64,000 bases of DNA from an uncultured cyanobacterium (GTDB taxonomy: Bacteria > Cyanobacteriota > Cyanobacteriia > Cyanobacteriales > Nostocaceae): contig CAVUDP010000001.1 in assembly GCA_963740315.1 (NCBI GenBank), positions 1,024,001-1,088,000 of the forward strand. The letters run 5' to 3'. Position 1 is the stretch's first letter. Every line of letters begins with the position of its first letter. Below, one piece after another: positions 42,501 to 52,255 of this stretch. The notes beneath the pieces were generated by a model. The model saw nothing but the letters and a program-made list of their open reading frames with translations, ran no database searches and was not told the DNA's origin. Made by a program: the position numbers and the translations under genes.

Positions 42501-43015
42501 CCGTGATTGGACGGTTTGCTTCATAAATTCTTTATGGCTTGCTTATGGCTCAATCAGTGTTTGCTTGCATAATGTCTAATGTATGAGAATTAATACTATG
42601 AGTAATTCGGGTGAACCGTAATATTAGTGTGGTGTTTGCCGTCTTTTCGATAAAAAATAGGGTTATCTGTTAGTTCTATGCCGATAAATTTGATTTCAAA
42701 CTATGTTTTATCGGAAGTTTAACTTTTTTTTTGATGCAGGTAACGATAACGAAATTTGTATTACAGACATTTAAATACCGCATTTTTATGTTTAGTTTAC
42801 GTAATTCCTACTTTCTATACATACTTCTCGATCGACTTCAAAATTCTCAATAATAGTTAACAATTATTTCCACATTTTTGAAATTTCATTCCTTTTGACA
42901 TCAACATATATTTCTTTCGGAAGTAAAAGGTATGGTGTCTGCTAGCTAGCGTGGAAATAGGCTGTTTTTAATAAAGAATAGCTGTATGCCATCAAGTTAG
43001 TTCAAGGATAAGATT

Positions 43016-46000
43016 ATGTTCTCACTCGCTATTGTTGGAAAGTTATACCCTTTTATTGGACAAGCACCAATAATTACAGAAGGATATGTTACTCCCCAAG
43101 AAGCATCACTAATTTTTTCAGGTCCGCAATTCTTAGTTGCTTTAGTATCTGGAATCGTAATGGCGATCGCTTTTCAATTACTGCTGACCAATTTCTCAAT
43201 CGCTGTTGGGATTTCCGCGTTAGGTGAAGACTTAGGTGGTGATGACGATAGTGATACGGTTGGTGGAGCTATTCGCAAGGTAGAAGCGAAAGTCGGTATT
43301 TGGGCATTACTTACCGCGACGATAGCTTTATTCATTGCTAGCTTTTTAGCGGTAAAACTAAGTTTAATCGAAAGTACTGTTTTAGGCGGAATTATTGGTG
43401 TAGTAATCTGGTCTACATACTTTGCGCTGATTGCTTGGCTCGGTTCGTCGGCTGCTGGCTCGCTGATCGGTTCTCTGGTAAGTACTGCTAGTTCTGGCGT
43501 TCAAGGCATTATGGGTACCGCCACAAGCGTTTTGGGTGCGAATGCTGCTAAAAATCAAATGGTTTCCACAGCAGAAGATATTACCGCCGCAGTTCGTCGC
43601 GAATTAACTTCTGGTTTTGATGCCGATAGCATTAAAAACACTGTAGAAAGTTCTTTAAGTTCTGTAGATTTACCCAATTTAAACTTAAACGAAATTCGCG
43701 GTCAATTTGATAAAGTCCTTCAAGATGGCAACTTGCAATCTCTTGCTAGCAGCAATTTATTACAAAGCATCAACCGCGATACTTTTATCAACTTAATTAG
43801 CAATCGTACAGATTTTTCTCAACAGGATATTAATAAAGTTGCAGATCAGCTCGAAGGAGCTTGGCAAAACGCTGTAGGAGATCAAAATCCCACGCAGCAG
43901 GTAATAGATTTAATCGGAAAGGCTACTCCGGAGCAATTGAATTCCGAAGATTTGGGTTCGCACTTGCAGAAACAACTGGCTGAAGTTACAGCAGTTGGTG
44001 GTAGTGGTTTACTAATGCAGCAAGTAGTTAAATCTGGTTTAGGTGCGGCTGTTCCAGCTTTGATGAGTCGGGTTAATTTATCCGATTTGGATGTCGAGAA
44101 AATTAAACCTCAGTTACAAAAGCTCAAGGAAAAAGCTCCCGACATCGATATTGATAAGATTAGCCAACAGTTGCAAAATCTGAAAGAACAAGCTACCCAA
44201 AAAATATCTCAAGCATCTTCTAATCCCATCAAGGCAGATGTAGAAGAATATATTTTTAGTTCTTTTCCTTGGCATTTCAACCGTTTAACGCTAAAAGATG
44301 AATTCAAAGAAGCAATTTATGATACCAATGCAGACCCCAAAAAGGTCAAACAACGGTTAGAGGAAATTGACAAGGACTATTTAACCGATTTACTTAAACA
44401 ACGCCAAGACTTGAGTGAAGACAGAATCAAAGAAATCGTCCAACAGATGGAAGAAGTTCGCAGCGAAGTTTCACAAACCGTAAACGAAGCAACATCGCAA
44501 AACTTCCGCAGCCAAATTGAAGATTATCTCAGTTCTACAGGTAAGGAAGAATTAAACCCCGAAGCGATTAAGCAAGACTTTAGCAAATTATTAGAAGATT
44601 CCGAAGCCAATTTTGAAGAATTGAGCGATCGCTTACAAAAATTCGACCGCAACAATTTAGTAGGATTGCTTTCCAAGCGTGAAGATATTAGCCCTGAAGT
44701 TGCTAATAATATAGTTGGTCAACTTGAAAGCACTCGCGACGAAGTTTTGAATCGCGCTCAAGAATTGCAAGAACAAGCTAAAAATAAAGCTAACGAATTG
44801 CGAGGAAAAGTAGAAGATTATCTGCTCAATACCAACAAAGACGAACTCAATCCCGAAGGAATCAAACGCGAATTTAAGACACTCATAGAAGATCCAGAAG
44901 TCGGAGCCAAACAGTTACGCGATCGCCTTTCACAATTTGACCGCGATACGTTAGTTAAATTACTCGGTCAGCGCGATGATTTGAGCGAGGAACAGGTAAA
45001 TCAAAAAATAGACCAGTTACTGTCTGTACGCGATAACGTCTTGCAAGCACCGCGAAAAGTTGCAGAAAAAACCAAGCAGCAATACGAACAAACCGTACAA
45101 AAGGTTTCAGAGTATTTACGCAACACCGACAAAGAAGAACTTAACCCCGAAGGAATCAAACGCGATTTGCAAAAATTGGTTGACGATCCCAAACAAGGAG
45201 CTTCAGCAATAAGAGAAAGACTTTCACAAGTAGATAGAGAAACCTTAGTTAAATTGCTTTCTCAACGCGATGATTTGAGCGAAGAACAAGTTAACCAAGT
45301 AATTGACGACGTACAAGATACGATTAACGACATCGTAAAGGCACCGCGTCGTTTAGCCAAGCGTACCAGCGAACGAGCTGCAAACTTTGAAGCTAAGATC
45401 GAAGAATATTTACGCAACACAGACAAAGAAGCACTTAACCCCGAAGGAATCAAACGCGATTTACAAAAACTGCTCGACGATCCAAAACAAGGTGCTTCAG
45501 CAATAGGAGAAAGGCTTTCACAAGTAGATAGAGAAACCTTGGTAAAATTGCTTTCTCAGCGTGAAGACTTGAGCGAAGAACAAATTAACGAGGTAATTGA
45601 CAACGTACAAAATACGATTAGCGACATCGCAAAAGCACCAAGCCGTTTAGCCAAGCGTACCGGCGAAAGAGTTGCAAACTTCCAAGCCGACATCGAAGAA
45701 TATTTGCGCTCTACCGATAAAGAAGAACTCAACCCCGAAGGAATCAAGCGCGATCTACAGTTGTTATTGCAAGATCCACGCAGCGGAATTGAAAACATAG
45801 GCGATCGCGTTTCTCAGTTCGATCGTTCCACATTAGTATCGGCACTTTCGCAAAGAGAAGACATTTCCGAAGAAGAAGCCAACCGGATTGCAGATCAAAT
45901 CGAATCTACTCGCGACTCAATCGTCCAACAGTACCAACAGGTGCAACAACAGCTACAATCGGCAGTTGACGGAACTTTAGACAAAATTCGTAATTACCTC

Positions 46001-46414
46001 AACTCCTTAGAGCGTCCGGAGCTAAATTACGAAGGAATTAAACAAGACTTCACCAAACTATTTGACGACCCGCAAATGGGCTTTGAAGCATTACGCGATC
46101 GTCTATCAGAATTTGATAGAGATAGTTTGATTGCCGTACTCAGTTCCCGCGAAGATATTTCAGAAAAAGACGCGAATCGCATAGTTAATCAAATTGAATC
46201 AGCCAGAGATAGCGTTTTAGAAAGAGGAGAGCGCATCCAAAAAGAAACCAAGAAAAGAATAAAAGCCGTACAACAGCAAGTCAAAAAAGAAGCTAAAGAC
46301 GCAAAAGCCGCCGCCGCAAGTGCCGCATGGTGGTTATTTGGCGCAGCATTGACATCACTAGCAGCAAGTGCGATCGCTGGAGTATTAGCCGTCAGAAGCA
46401 TTTACTGGTGGTAA
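43016..46414 (+). CDS. Large membrane protein with ~98-aa helical repeats
   Basis: N-terminal TM bundle, repeated EYL..T.KEELNPEGIKRD...DR.TLV.LLSQR.D units, C-terminal TM helix. Confidence 0.8.
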   Translation: MFSLAIVGKLYPFIGQAPIITEGYVTPQEASLIFSGPQFLVALVSGIVMAIAFQLLLTNFSIAVGISALGEDLGGDDDSDTVGGAIRKVEAKVGIWALLTATIALFIASFLAVKLSLIESTVLGGIIGVVIWSTYFALIAWLGSSAAGSLIGSLVSTASSGVQGIMGTATSVLGANAAKNQMVSTAEDITAAVRRELTSGFDADSIKNTVESSLSSVDLPNLNLNEIRGQFDKVLQDGNLQSLASSNLLQSINRDTFINLISNRTDFSQQDINKVADQLEGAWQNAVGDQNPTQQVIDLIGKATPEQLNSEDLGSHLQKQLAEVTAVGGSGLLMQQVVKSGLGAAVPALMSRVNLSDLDVEKIKPQLQKLKEKAPDIDIDKISQQLQNLKEQATQKISQASSNPIKADVEEYIFSSFPWHFNRLTLKDEFKEAIYDTNADPKKVKQRLEEIDKDYLTDLLKQRQDLSEDRIKEIVQQMEEVRSEVSQTVNEATSQNFRSQIEDYLSSTGKEELNPEAIKQDFSKLLEDSEANFEELSDRLQKFDRNNLVGLLSKREDISPEVANNIVGQLESTRDEVLNRAQELQEQAKNKANELRGKVEDYLLNTNKDELNPEGIKREFKTLIEDPEVGAKQLRDRLSQFDRDTLVKLLGQRDDLSEEQVNQKIDQLLSVRDNVLQAPRKVAEKTKQQYEQTVQKVSEYLRNTDKEELNPEGIKRDLQKLVDDPKQGASAIRERLSQVDRETLVKLLSQRDDLSEEQVNQVIDDVQDTINDIVKAPRRLAKRTSERAANFEAKIEEYLRNTDKEALNPEGIKRDLQKLLDDPKQGASAIGERLSQVDRETLVKLLSQREDLSEEQINEVIDNVQNTISDIAKAPSRLAKRTGERVANFQADIEEYLRSTDKEELNPEGIKRDLQLLLQDPRSGIENIGDRVSQFDRSTLVSALSQREDISEEEANRIADQIESTRDSIVQQYQQVQQQLQSAVDGTLDKIRNYLNSLERPELNYEGIKQDFTKLFDDPQMGFEALRDRLSEFDRDSLIAVLSSREDISEKDANRIVNQIESARDSVLERGERIQKETKKRIKAVQQQVKKEAKDAKAAAASAAWWLFGAALTSLAASAIAGVLAVRSIYWW

Positions 46415-46560
46415 TCGCTAAATTTTGAATTCAAAAAATGTAGAGACGTAGCACTGCTACGTCTTTTCGTATTTTTATTAGCATCGAAAATTTAGTGAAG
46501 ATTACAAACAACAACGCGATAAAATCCTTTACAGCGCCAAATTTAAACTATTTCATCAGC

Positions 46561-47442
46561 GTGAAAACAGATAGCGAAAAGTGTGATCTTGGGGGTTTCC
46601 CCCATGAACAACTTTTCAAGACAGCATCTTCTACCGTCTTTTTAAAGAATTCCCCAGCATCTTTTTTGAATTAATTGGTAACTCACCTCAAACAGCAGAT
46701 GCTTACGAATTCTCTTCCGTCGAAATCAAGCAAACAGCATTCCGAATTGATGGAGTTTTTCTTCCCACTCAAGCACAAGAAAACCCGATTTATTTTGTAG
46801 AAGTACAATTTCAAACCGACGAAGAAATTTATTTGCGGCTATTTTCAGAAATATCTTTATACCTCCGGCAAAACAAACCTAAAAATCCTTGGCGAGGAAT
46901 AGTAATTTATCCCAGTCGCAGCATAGATACAGCAGATATCAATCAATGAGCGCGAATTTTTTGAAAGCAGACGTGTTAACAGAATTTATCTTGATGAATT
47001 AGGAGAAACAACATCATTACCAGTGGGAATTGCTACCATAAAATTAATAATTGAAGATAAAAACACTGCCATTGTTGCCGCCAGAGATTTGATAGCCAGA
47101 ACCCAGCAAGAAATCAACTCTGAACGTCAGCAAAGACAGTTATTAGAATTAATAGAGACAATCTTAGTTTATAAATTCCCTAAAATGAGTAGAAAGGAGA
47201 TTGAAACCATGTTTGGATTAAGTGATTTGAAACAAACGCGAGTTTATCAAGAAGGTAAAGAAGAAGGGAAAGAAGAAGGGAAAAAAGAAGGGAAAGAAGA
47301 AGGACGTGTAGAATTACAAATTGAATCTATACCTAGATTACTAAAGTTAGGGCTAAGTATAGAACAAATCGCCCAAGGTTTAGATTTGGATTTAGAAGAA
47401 GTTAGACGACAAGTAAAAAATCAATCTCCAAATCAAGATTAA
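46561..47442 (+). pseudogene. Rpn family / DUF2887 PD-(D/E)XK nuclease, frameshifted twice
   Basis: Reconstructed MKTDSIFYRLFKEFPSIFFELIG...EIKQTAFRIDGVF..PIYFVEVQFQ. A 50-nt insertion after codon 5, and a TGA with +1 shift at about 46947. Confidence 0.88.
46569..46625. mobile_element. Very small hairpin insertion (SDR-like) in the Rpn gene
   Basis: GAAAAGT...GGGGGTTTCCCCC...ACTTTTC flanked by the imperfect direct repeat AGATAGC/AGACAGC; net +50 nt. Confidence 0.75.
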
Positions 47443-47481
47443 TTAAAAATATTTTTGAGAAATAGAAAGGAAGTCGAACCA

Positions 47482-47652
47482 ATGTTTGGATTAAGCGATT
47501 TAAAGCAAACGCGAGTTTATCAAGAAGGAAAACAAGAAGGACGTATTGAATCTATACCTAGATTACTAAAATTAGGGCTAAGTATAGAACAAATCGCCCA
47601 AGGTTTAGATTTGGATTTAGAAGAAGTTAGACGACAAGTAGAAAATCAATAA
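47482..47652 (+). CDS. Stand-alone copy of the Rpn C-terminal (RpnS-like) cassette
   Basis: AGAAAGGAAG RBS and ATG; near-identical to 47209-47442 except for a shorter EG(K/R) repeat region and a shorter C-terminus. Confidence 0.65.
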   Translation: MFGLSDLKQTRVYQEGKQEGRIESIPRLLKLGLSIEQIAQGLDLDLEEVRRQVENQ

Positions 47653-47826
47653 TCTTTAACCCTGCCTAACCAACAAATATTTTGAAACTTGATGGTTGAA
47701 ACCCTAACTAAAAATCTTTATAAATTAGTCCGCGCAGGCGGACTTTGTTTGTGTAGAAGCGGTTTCAACCGCCGATTTTGATCTTCAACCTTCAACCTTC
47801 AACCTTCAACCTTTAACCTATTATTT

Positions 47827-48864
47827 ATGCTTTCCCCCGAACTAAAAACAAAACTTTCAACACCTTTAAAAATTGGCTCGGTGGAAGTCAACAGCCGAGT
47901 TTTACAATCACCTTTATCAGGTGTTACCGACTTGGTATTTCGCCGTTTGGTGCGTCGCTATGCACCTGACTCAATGATGTATACCGAAATGGTTCATGCT
48001 TCGGGATTGGCTCATGTCAAGGAATTACCGAAAGTCATGGATGTTGATATAAACGAACGTCCGATAAGCATTCAATTATTTGATTGTCGTCCGGATTTTC
48101 TCGCACAAGCGGCTCTAAAAGCTGTAGCAGAAGGTGCGGATACTATCGATATTAATATGGGTTGTCCGGTAAATAAAATTACTAAAAAAGGTGGTGGTTC
48201 TTCGCTGTTACGACAGCCGGAAGTAGCCGAGGCAATAGTTCGCGAAGTTGTTAGCGCGGTTGATATTCCCGTAACTGTTAAAACTCGTATCGGCTGGGAT
48301 GATGCGGAAATTACTATCCTCGATTTTGCAAAACGAATGCAGGATGTAGGAGCGCAAATGATTACTATTCACGGACGTACTCGCGCTCAAGGATACAATG
48401 GTAATGCTCGTTGGGAATGGATTGCTCGCGTTAAGGAAGTGCTTGATATTCCGGTTATCGCAAATGGAGATATTTTTTCTGTTGAGTCGGCAATTAAATG
48501 TTTGGAAATGACTGGTGCTGATGGGGTAATGTGTTCGCGGGGTACTTTAGGTTATCCGTTTTTGGTTGGAGAAATCGATTATTTTCTTAAAACTGGAGAA
48601 AAGTTAGCTCCTCCGACAACTATTCAGCTTTTAGAATGCGCTAAAGAACATTTAAAAGCTTTGTGGGAATACAAGGGAGATAAAGGAATTTATCAAGCAC
48701 GAAAACATATGGCTTGGTATGCTAAAGGTTTTGTCGGTGCGGCGGAGTTACGACAGCAGTTTAATACAGTGGAAACGGTATTGGAAGGAGAAACTTTAAT
48801 TAATCGCGCAATTGAAAATCTGGTTAAAGATAGCTCATTAAAAAGGTTTGTAGTCAGAGCTTAA
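47827..48864 (+). CDS. dusB: tRNA dihydrouridine synthase DusB
   Basis: SPLSGVTD, DINMGCP, VTVKTRIGW, HGRTRAQ and NGDI motifs. Confidence 0.93.
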   Translation: MLSPELKTKLSTPLKIGSVEVNSRVLQSPLSGVTDLVFRRLVRRYAPDSMMYTEMVHASGLAHVKELPKVMDVDINERPISIQLFDCRPDFLAQAALKAVAEGADTIDINMGCPVNKITKKGGGSSLLRQPEVAEAIVREVVSAVDIPVTVKTRIGWDDAEITILDFAKRMQDVGAQMITIHGRTRAQGYNGNARWEWIARVKEVLDIPVIANGDIFSVESAIKCLEMTGADGVMCSRGTLGYPFLVGEIDYFLKTGEKLAPPTTIQLLECAKEHLKALWEYKGDKGIYQARKHMAWYAKGFVGAAELRQQFNTVETVLEGETLINRAIENLVKDSSLKRFVVRA

Positions 48865-48913
48865 GCTCTCAAGATTGGGACTAAAGTCCTTACTACAAAC
48901 CAATGAAATCTTT

Positions 48914-49966
48914 CTAAAAATCTCCAAATTCGTCAAATTCAAACATCTCCTCAAACAGATTATCAATCATTTCTTGGTTCCTTTGTCGTAAAATCGGAGG
49001 ACCTTTAAGAAATTCTTTAATTGTAATCTTTTTATCTCGAAAATCTTTGACGAAGTTACATATTGAAGAAATTACTTCAATTTCAGCTTCTACTTCTTCA
49101 ACCATGTGAGAAATTGGATCTATACCCTCGCGAGTAGCTTTCCTGAAACCTGAAACCATTTGTCCTTCATCTGTAGTCTTCGCCAGTCGAAGTTCGCTTT
49201 TTAAGTTTTCGTACTGGGTTTTGAGAAATTCGTTATGCTGCTCCAACTTCTTGCACTGACGAGTCAAATCATCTTCGCTATCAATTGAAAATGATTCTTC
49301 TACCTGATGCAGTCTTTCAATTTCGAGCAATCGCGCCAAATCACCTTCTTGATAGGCTTTATTAATTTCCTTCATTATTTCTGTGTGGTGCATCTGGATA
49401 TCGCCATCGGTGACTTTATCGGGATGAAATATCTCAGCTAACCTCAGAAATGTCTGACGAATCTTCTTTGATTCACCACTTTTGTTTGCACTCTCAACTT
49501 GTTGCGCTTCCCGATATCCTTGAGAACTATCTTGGTATTGCAATCCATCTTCACCTGAATCGGAGAAATCTTCTTCCGCTTCAAAGAAATCTTCTGAATC
49601 ACCATCATCTTGTTTAAAACCAAGTTTGATGCTGATTATCCCTCCTAATTGCAGGCTGCGATAAACCTGTTGGATGTTTTTCTTAGTTTGCTTTCCTAAC
49701 TTCCGTGCAGTCAAAATTTCATCAAAAAGCTGATGTATTTCCTCATCCAGACGCGCCATTTTCTGGAAACAAGGAGTACATCTACCATGTATTTCTGTCG
49801 CTACAGAGCGCATCTGTTCGAGAAAGTTATTTTGTTCGGTGCGTTTTTTCTTAATTTGCTTGAGTAACCATTGATGCTCTTTCTCCAAAGTTTCCAAACG
49901 GATGTGGAAAGAGGAAAGAGCCAGGGAGGTTGTTGGTGCAAACGTAGATGGAGATGGTGTAGACAT
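48914..49966 (-). CDS. J-domain-like coiled-coil protein
   Basis: IRQTFLRLAEIFHPDK...MKEINKAY; ATG at 49966. Confidence 0.8.
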   Translation of the reverse strand: MSTPSPSTFAPTTSLALSSFHIRLETLEKEHQWLLKQIKKKRTEQNNFLEQMRSVATEIHGRCTPCFQKMARLDEEIHQLFDEILTARKLGKQTKKNIQQVYRSLQLGGIISIKLGFKQDDGDSEDFFEAEEDFSDSGEDGLQYQDSSQGYREAQQVESANKSGESKKIRQTFLRLAEIFHPDKVTDGDIQMHHTEIMKEINKAYQEGDLARLLEIERLHQVEESFSIDSEDDLTRQCKKLEQHNEFLKTQYENLKSELRLAKTTDEGQMVSGFRKATREGIDPISHMVEEVEAEIEVISSICNFVKDFRDKKITIKEFLKGPPILRQRNQEMIDNLFEEMFEFDEFGDF

Positions 49967-50100
49967 AAAAAAGGTGAGTTCCTTCAAGGTTAATGTACCA
50001 AGTAGAACTGTTAGAAGCAAAGTACTTTAAATCCCAATCGCTCCTAAACTCTGATAATTTACTACTTTATACCGTTTCCCCAACGCTCTTACCCGCTTTA

Positions 50101-50292
50101 TTAAATAAGAACTACTTCAATATCTGATTCTTCTAAAGATAAAAACAAAGGTTCTTCGCGATCGCTTATAGAATTATTTTCTAATCTAATTATCCAACGT
50201 CCCGATACATCTTCAGCGGCTTCAACTACACCATGAAACTCAGAAACATATCTGGGATATAGTACTTTAACCAAACTTCCTATCTGAATCAT
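50101..50292 (-). CDS. Small hypothetical protein (SH3/KOW-like beta pattern)
   Basis: IQIGSLVKVLYP..GVV..RWIIRL..LSLEESDIEV. Confidence 0.55.
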   Translation of the reverse strand: MIQIGSLVKVLYPRYVSEFHGVVEAAEDVSGRWIIRLENNSISDREEPLFLSLEESDIEVVLI

Positions 50293-50472
50293 ATATAAAA
50301 CCAATATTTGGATGATTTTTAATTGTTAATAAGACCGATCGCGATAAAATAATCTAGCTATTTATTTAATTTTATAATCAGCTTTAATTAACCTATTTAT
50401 TATATAACAAGCTGAAAATTATCGTAAACAATCTTATGTATAATTTTCAATAGCATAGATAAAATAAATGAA

Positions 50473-50694
50473 TCATTTTTGTATAGGAAACCATTTTTCT
50501 GAAGCTTGTTTCAATTCGCTTAAGTTATATTGAGATTTCCAGTCACAACTGAGACAGTGAAATCCAAATGTTTGATTTGTGAGGTATTCACGATACTTTA
50601 TTCTTACGGAGGCGCAATATGGACAAGTCCCCCGAAGTATCAATTTCCTCAATTCTTTTGCTGTTTCCTGTTGCTTATCAATCATCTCTATCAC
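50473..50694 (-). CDS. Small zinc-ribbon protein
   Basis: CPYC...CLSC pair in a 73-aa ORF. Confidence 0.6.
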   Translation of the reverse strand: MIEMIDKQQETAKELRKLILRGTCPYCASVRIKYREYLTNQTFGFHCLSCDWKSQYNLSELKQASEKWFPIQK

Positions 50695-51165
50695 CCTTTA
50701 TGTTTTTACTTTCGCCGATTTATATATAAAAGCTTATAAATAATTATTATCAATTAACGATCGCGAATTATTAATTGTTTTGAAAAAAAATACAATACCT
50801 CTATCAGATGCTTAACAGAAAAAAATAATTTTCACTGCTAATGAGGAAAATTTTTAATATAAATTATGTTAATTTAGGATGGATTATACTGGGTAAAATA
50901 AGAGTCGATCCTGACTTCGTATCTTAGTATTTATTTTGGTAATTGTTACTTATAAAAACTATAGGTACTTTAAAAGATGGTTGCTATTTTTTGATTCGAT
51001 ACGTAGCAAAATTATAAAAAGATTTCTCCTACTTTTTCTGTTTCAAGGAGACTAAGTAATATATTTAAAATTTGGCTTTTAATGACCTAACAAATTTATA
51101 CGGAACAATCCACATTAAAAGTTATTTTATTTTTTTAGCTTTGCATAATACTTTTGAACTTGTCT

Positions 51166-51179
51166 GTACGCTATCGTAC
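51166..51179. promoter_or_regulatory. Palindromic Crp/NtcA-type site GTACGCTATCGTAC (copy 1)
   Basis: GTA-N8-TAC; identical copy at 52221-52234. Confidence 0.65.
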
Positions 51180-51186
51180 TTAACTC

Positions 51187-51903
51187 CTAAGTTTTTTTCG
51201 ATTCAAGCAAACGAATATATTCATTTTTGACAACGCGATAGCATTCACAGGCTGTAGCTTTTAGGGCGACGCGATCCAAAATGCTAATCTTACCACGGGT
51301 ATAGCGAATCATTCCTGCTTGTTGAAGGATACCAGCTGCAACAGTAACACCACTACGACGGGTACCTAACATTTGAGAAATAAATTCTTGGGTAAGGTGT
51401 AATTCGTCTTTCATTACACAGTCTCGTGCTGTCAGCAGCCAACGAGCAAGTCTTTCTTCAATATTGTGCTGTCGATTGCACGCAGCATTTTGCGAAGCTT
51501 GAGTAAATAATGCTTGCGCGTACAGTAACAGCAGTGTTTGTAGTTTTCCCCCTCGATCGAACTCGCTTTTCAGCACGTTGGCATTTAGCATCATGGCAGT
51601 ACCTTCAATTTGCACGATCGCACGGCTTGTAGTGGAATTACCTCCCAAAAAAACGGGCAAACCTACCATACCTTCTTTACCTACCAAGCTAATTTCTGTT
51701 GTAGAACCGTTTTCCATGATCGAAACTAAGGAAACCATAGCCAAGGTAGGGAAATAAACTTCTGTCATTGTTTCTCCCGGCTCGTATAAAACATCCCCAG
51801 CCATTAAGTAAACATTTTCTAAATGAGGAAGAAGGCGTTGGTAATCTTCTGGAGATAAAGCAGCCAGCAACTGATTAACTATTGCACCATCAATTTCGGA
51901 CAT
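51187..51903 (-). CDS. Crp/Fnr family transcriptional regulator
   Basis: cNMP-type domain (VG.EGMVG) and HTH LTQEFISQMLGTRRSGVT. Confidence 0.93.
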   Translation of the reverse strand: MSEIDGAIVNQLLAALSPEDYQRLLPHLENVYLMAGDVLYEPGETMTEVYFPTLAMVSLVSIMENGSTTEISLVGKEGMVGLPVFLGGNSTTSRAIVQIEGTAMMLNANVLKSEFDRGGKLQTLLLLYAQALFTQASQNAACNRQHNIEERLARWLLTARDCVMKDELHLTQEFISQMLGTRRSGVTVAAGILQQAGMIRYTRGKISILDRVALKATACECYRVVKNEYIRLLESKKT

Positions 51904-52220
51904 ATGAGAAACATTTTCTTGATTAAATCGTATTTAGAAAAACACCTGACGACACAAGAATAAAAACTATCTGAGTCATGTGCAAAGGGGTTTTTCCAAT
52001 AAATTGCCTACAGCATCAACAGCTTGTTAATACCAAGTTTAAAAAAGAATTTTACTAATGGATTTCTCGAAACACCAGAAAACTTGATGTTTGATAATTC
52101 AAAATCCCAGACACCTAGAGCAATGTAATGTCCTTAAAATTCAAAATTCTGTTAGGTTATTAGCTTTGCTGACACCATACGACTGTAAACAAAAGAATAC
52201 CGCGATCGCAGAAAATAACA

Positions 52221-52234
52221 GTACGCTATCGTAC
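52221..52234. promoter_or_regulatory. Palindromic Crp/NtcA-type site (copy 2) with a downstream -10-like TATTCT
   Basis: Minus strand GTA-N8-TAC, then 21 nt, then TATTCT: class II activator geometry pointing at the gene starting at 51903. Confidence 0.65.
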
Positions 52235-52255
52235 ATAGGAGCCAGTTAAGTCCTG

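Noticed and set aside
42301..42700. CIRCE element upstream of dnaK
   Set aside because: No TTAGCACTC-N9-GAGTGCTAA match seen.
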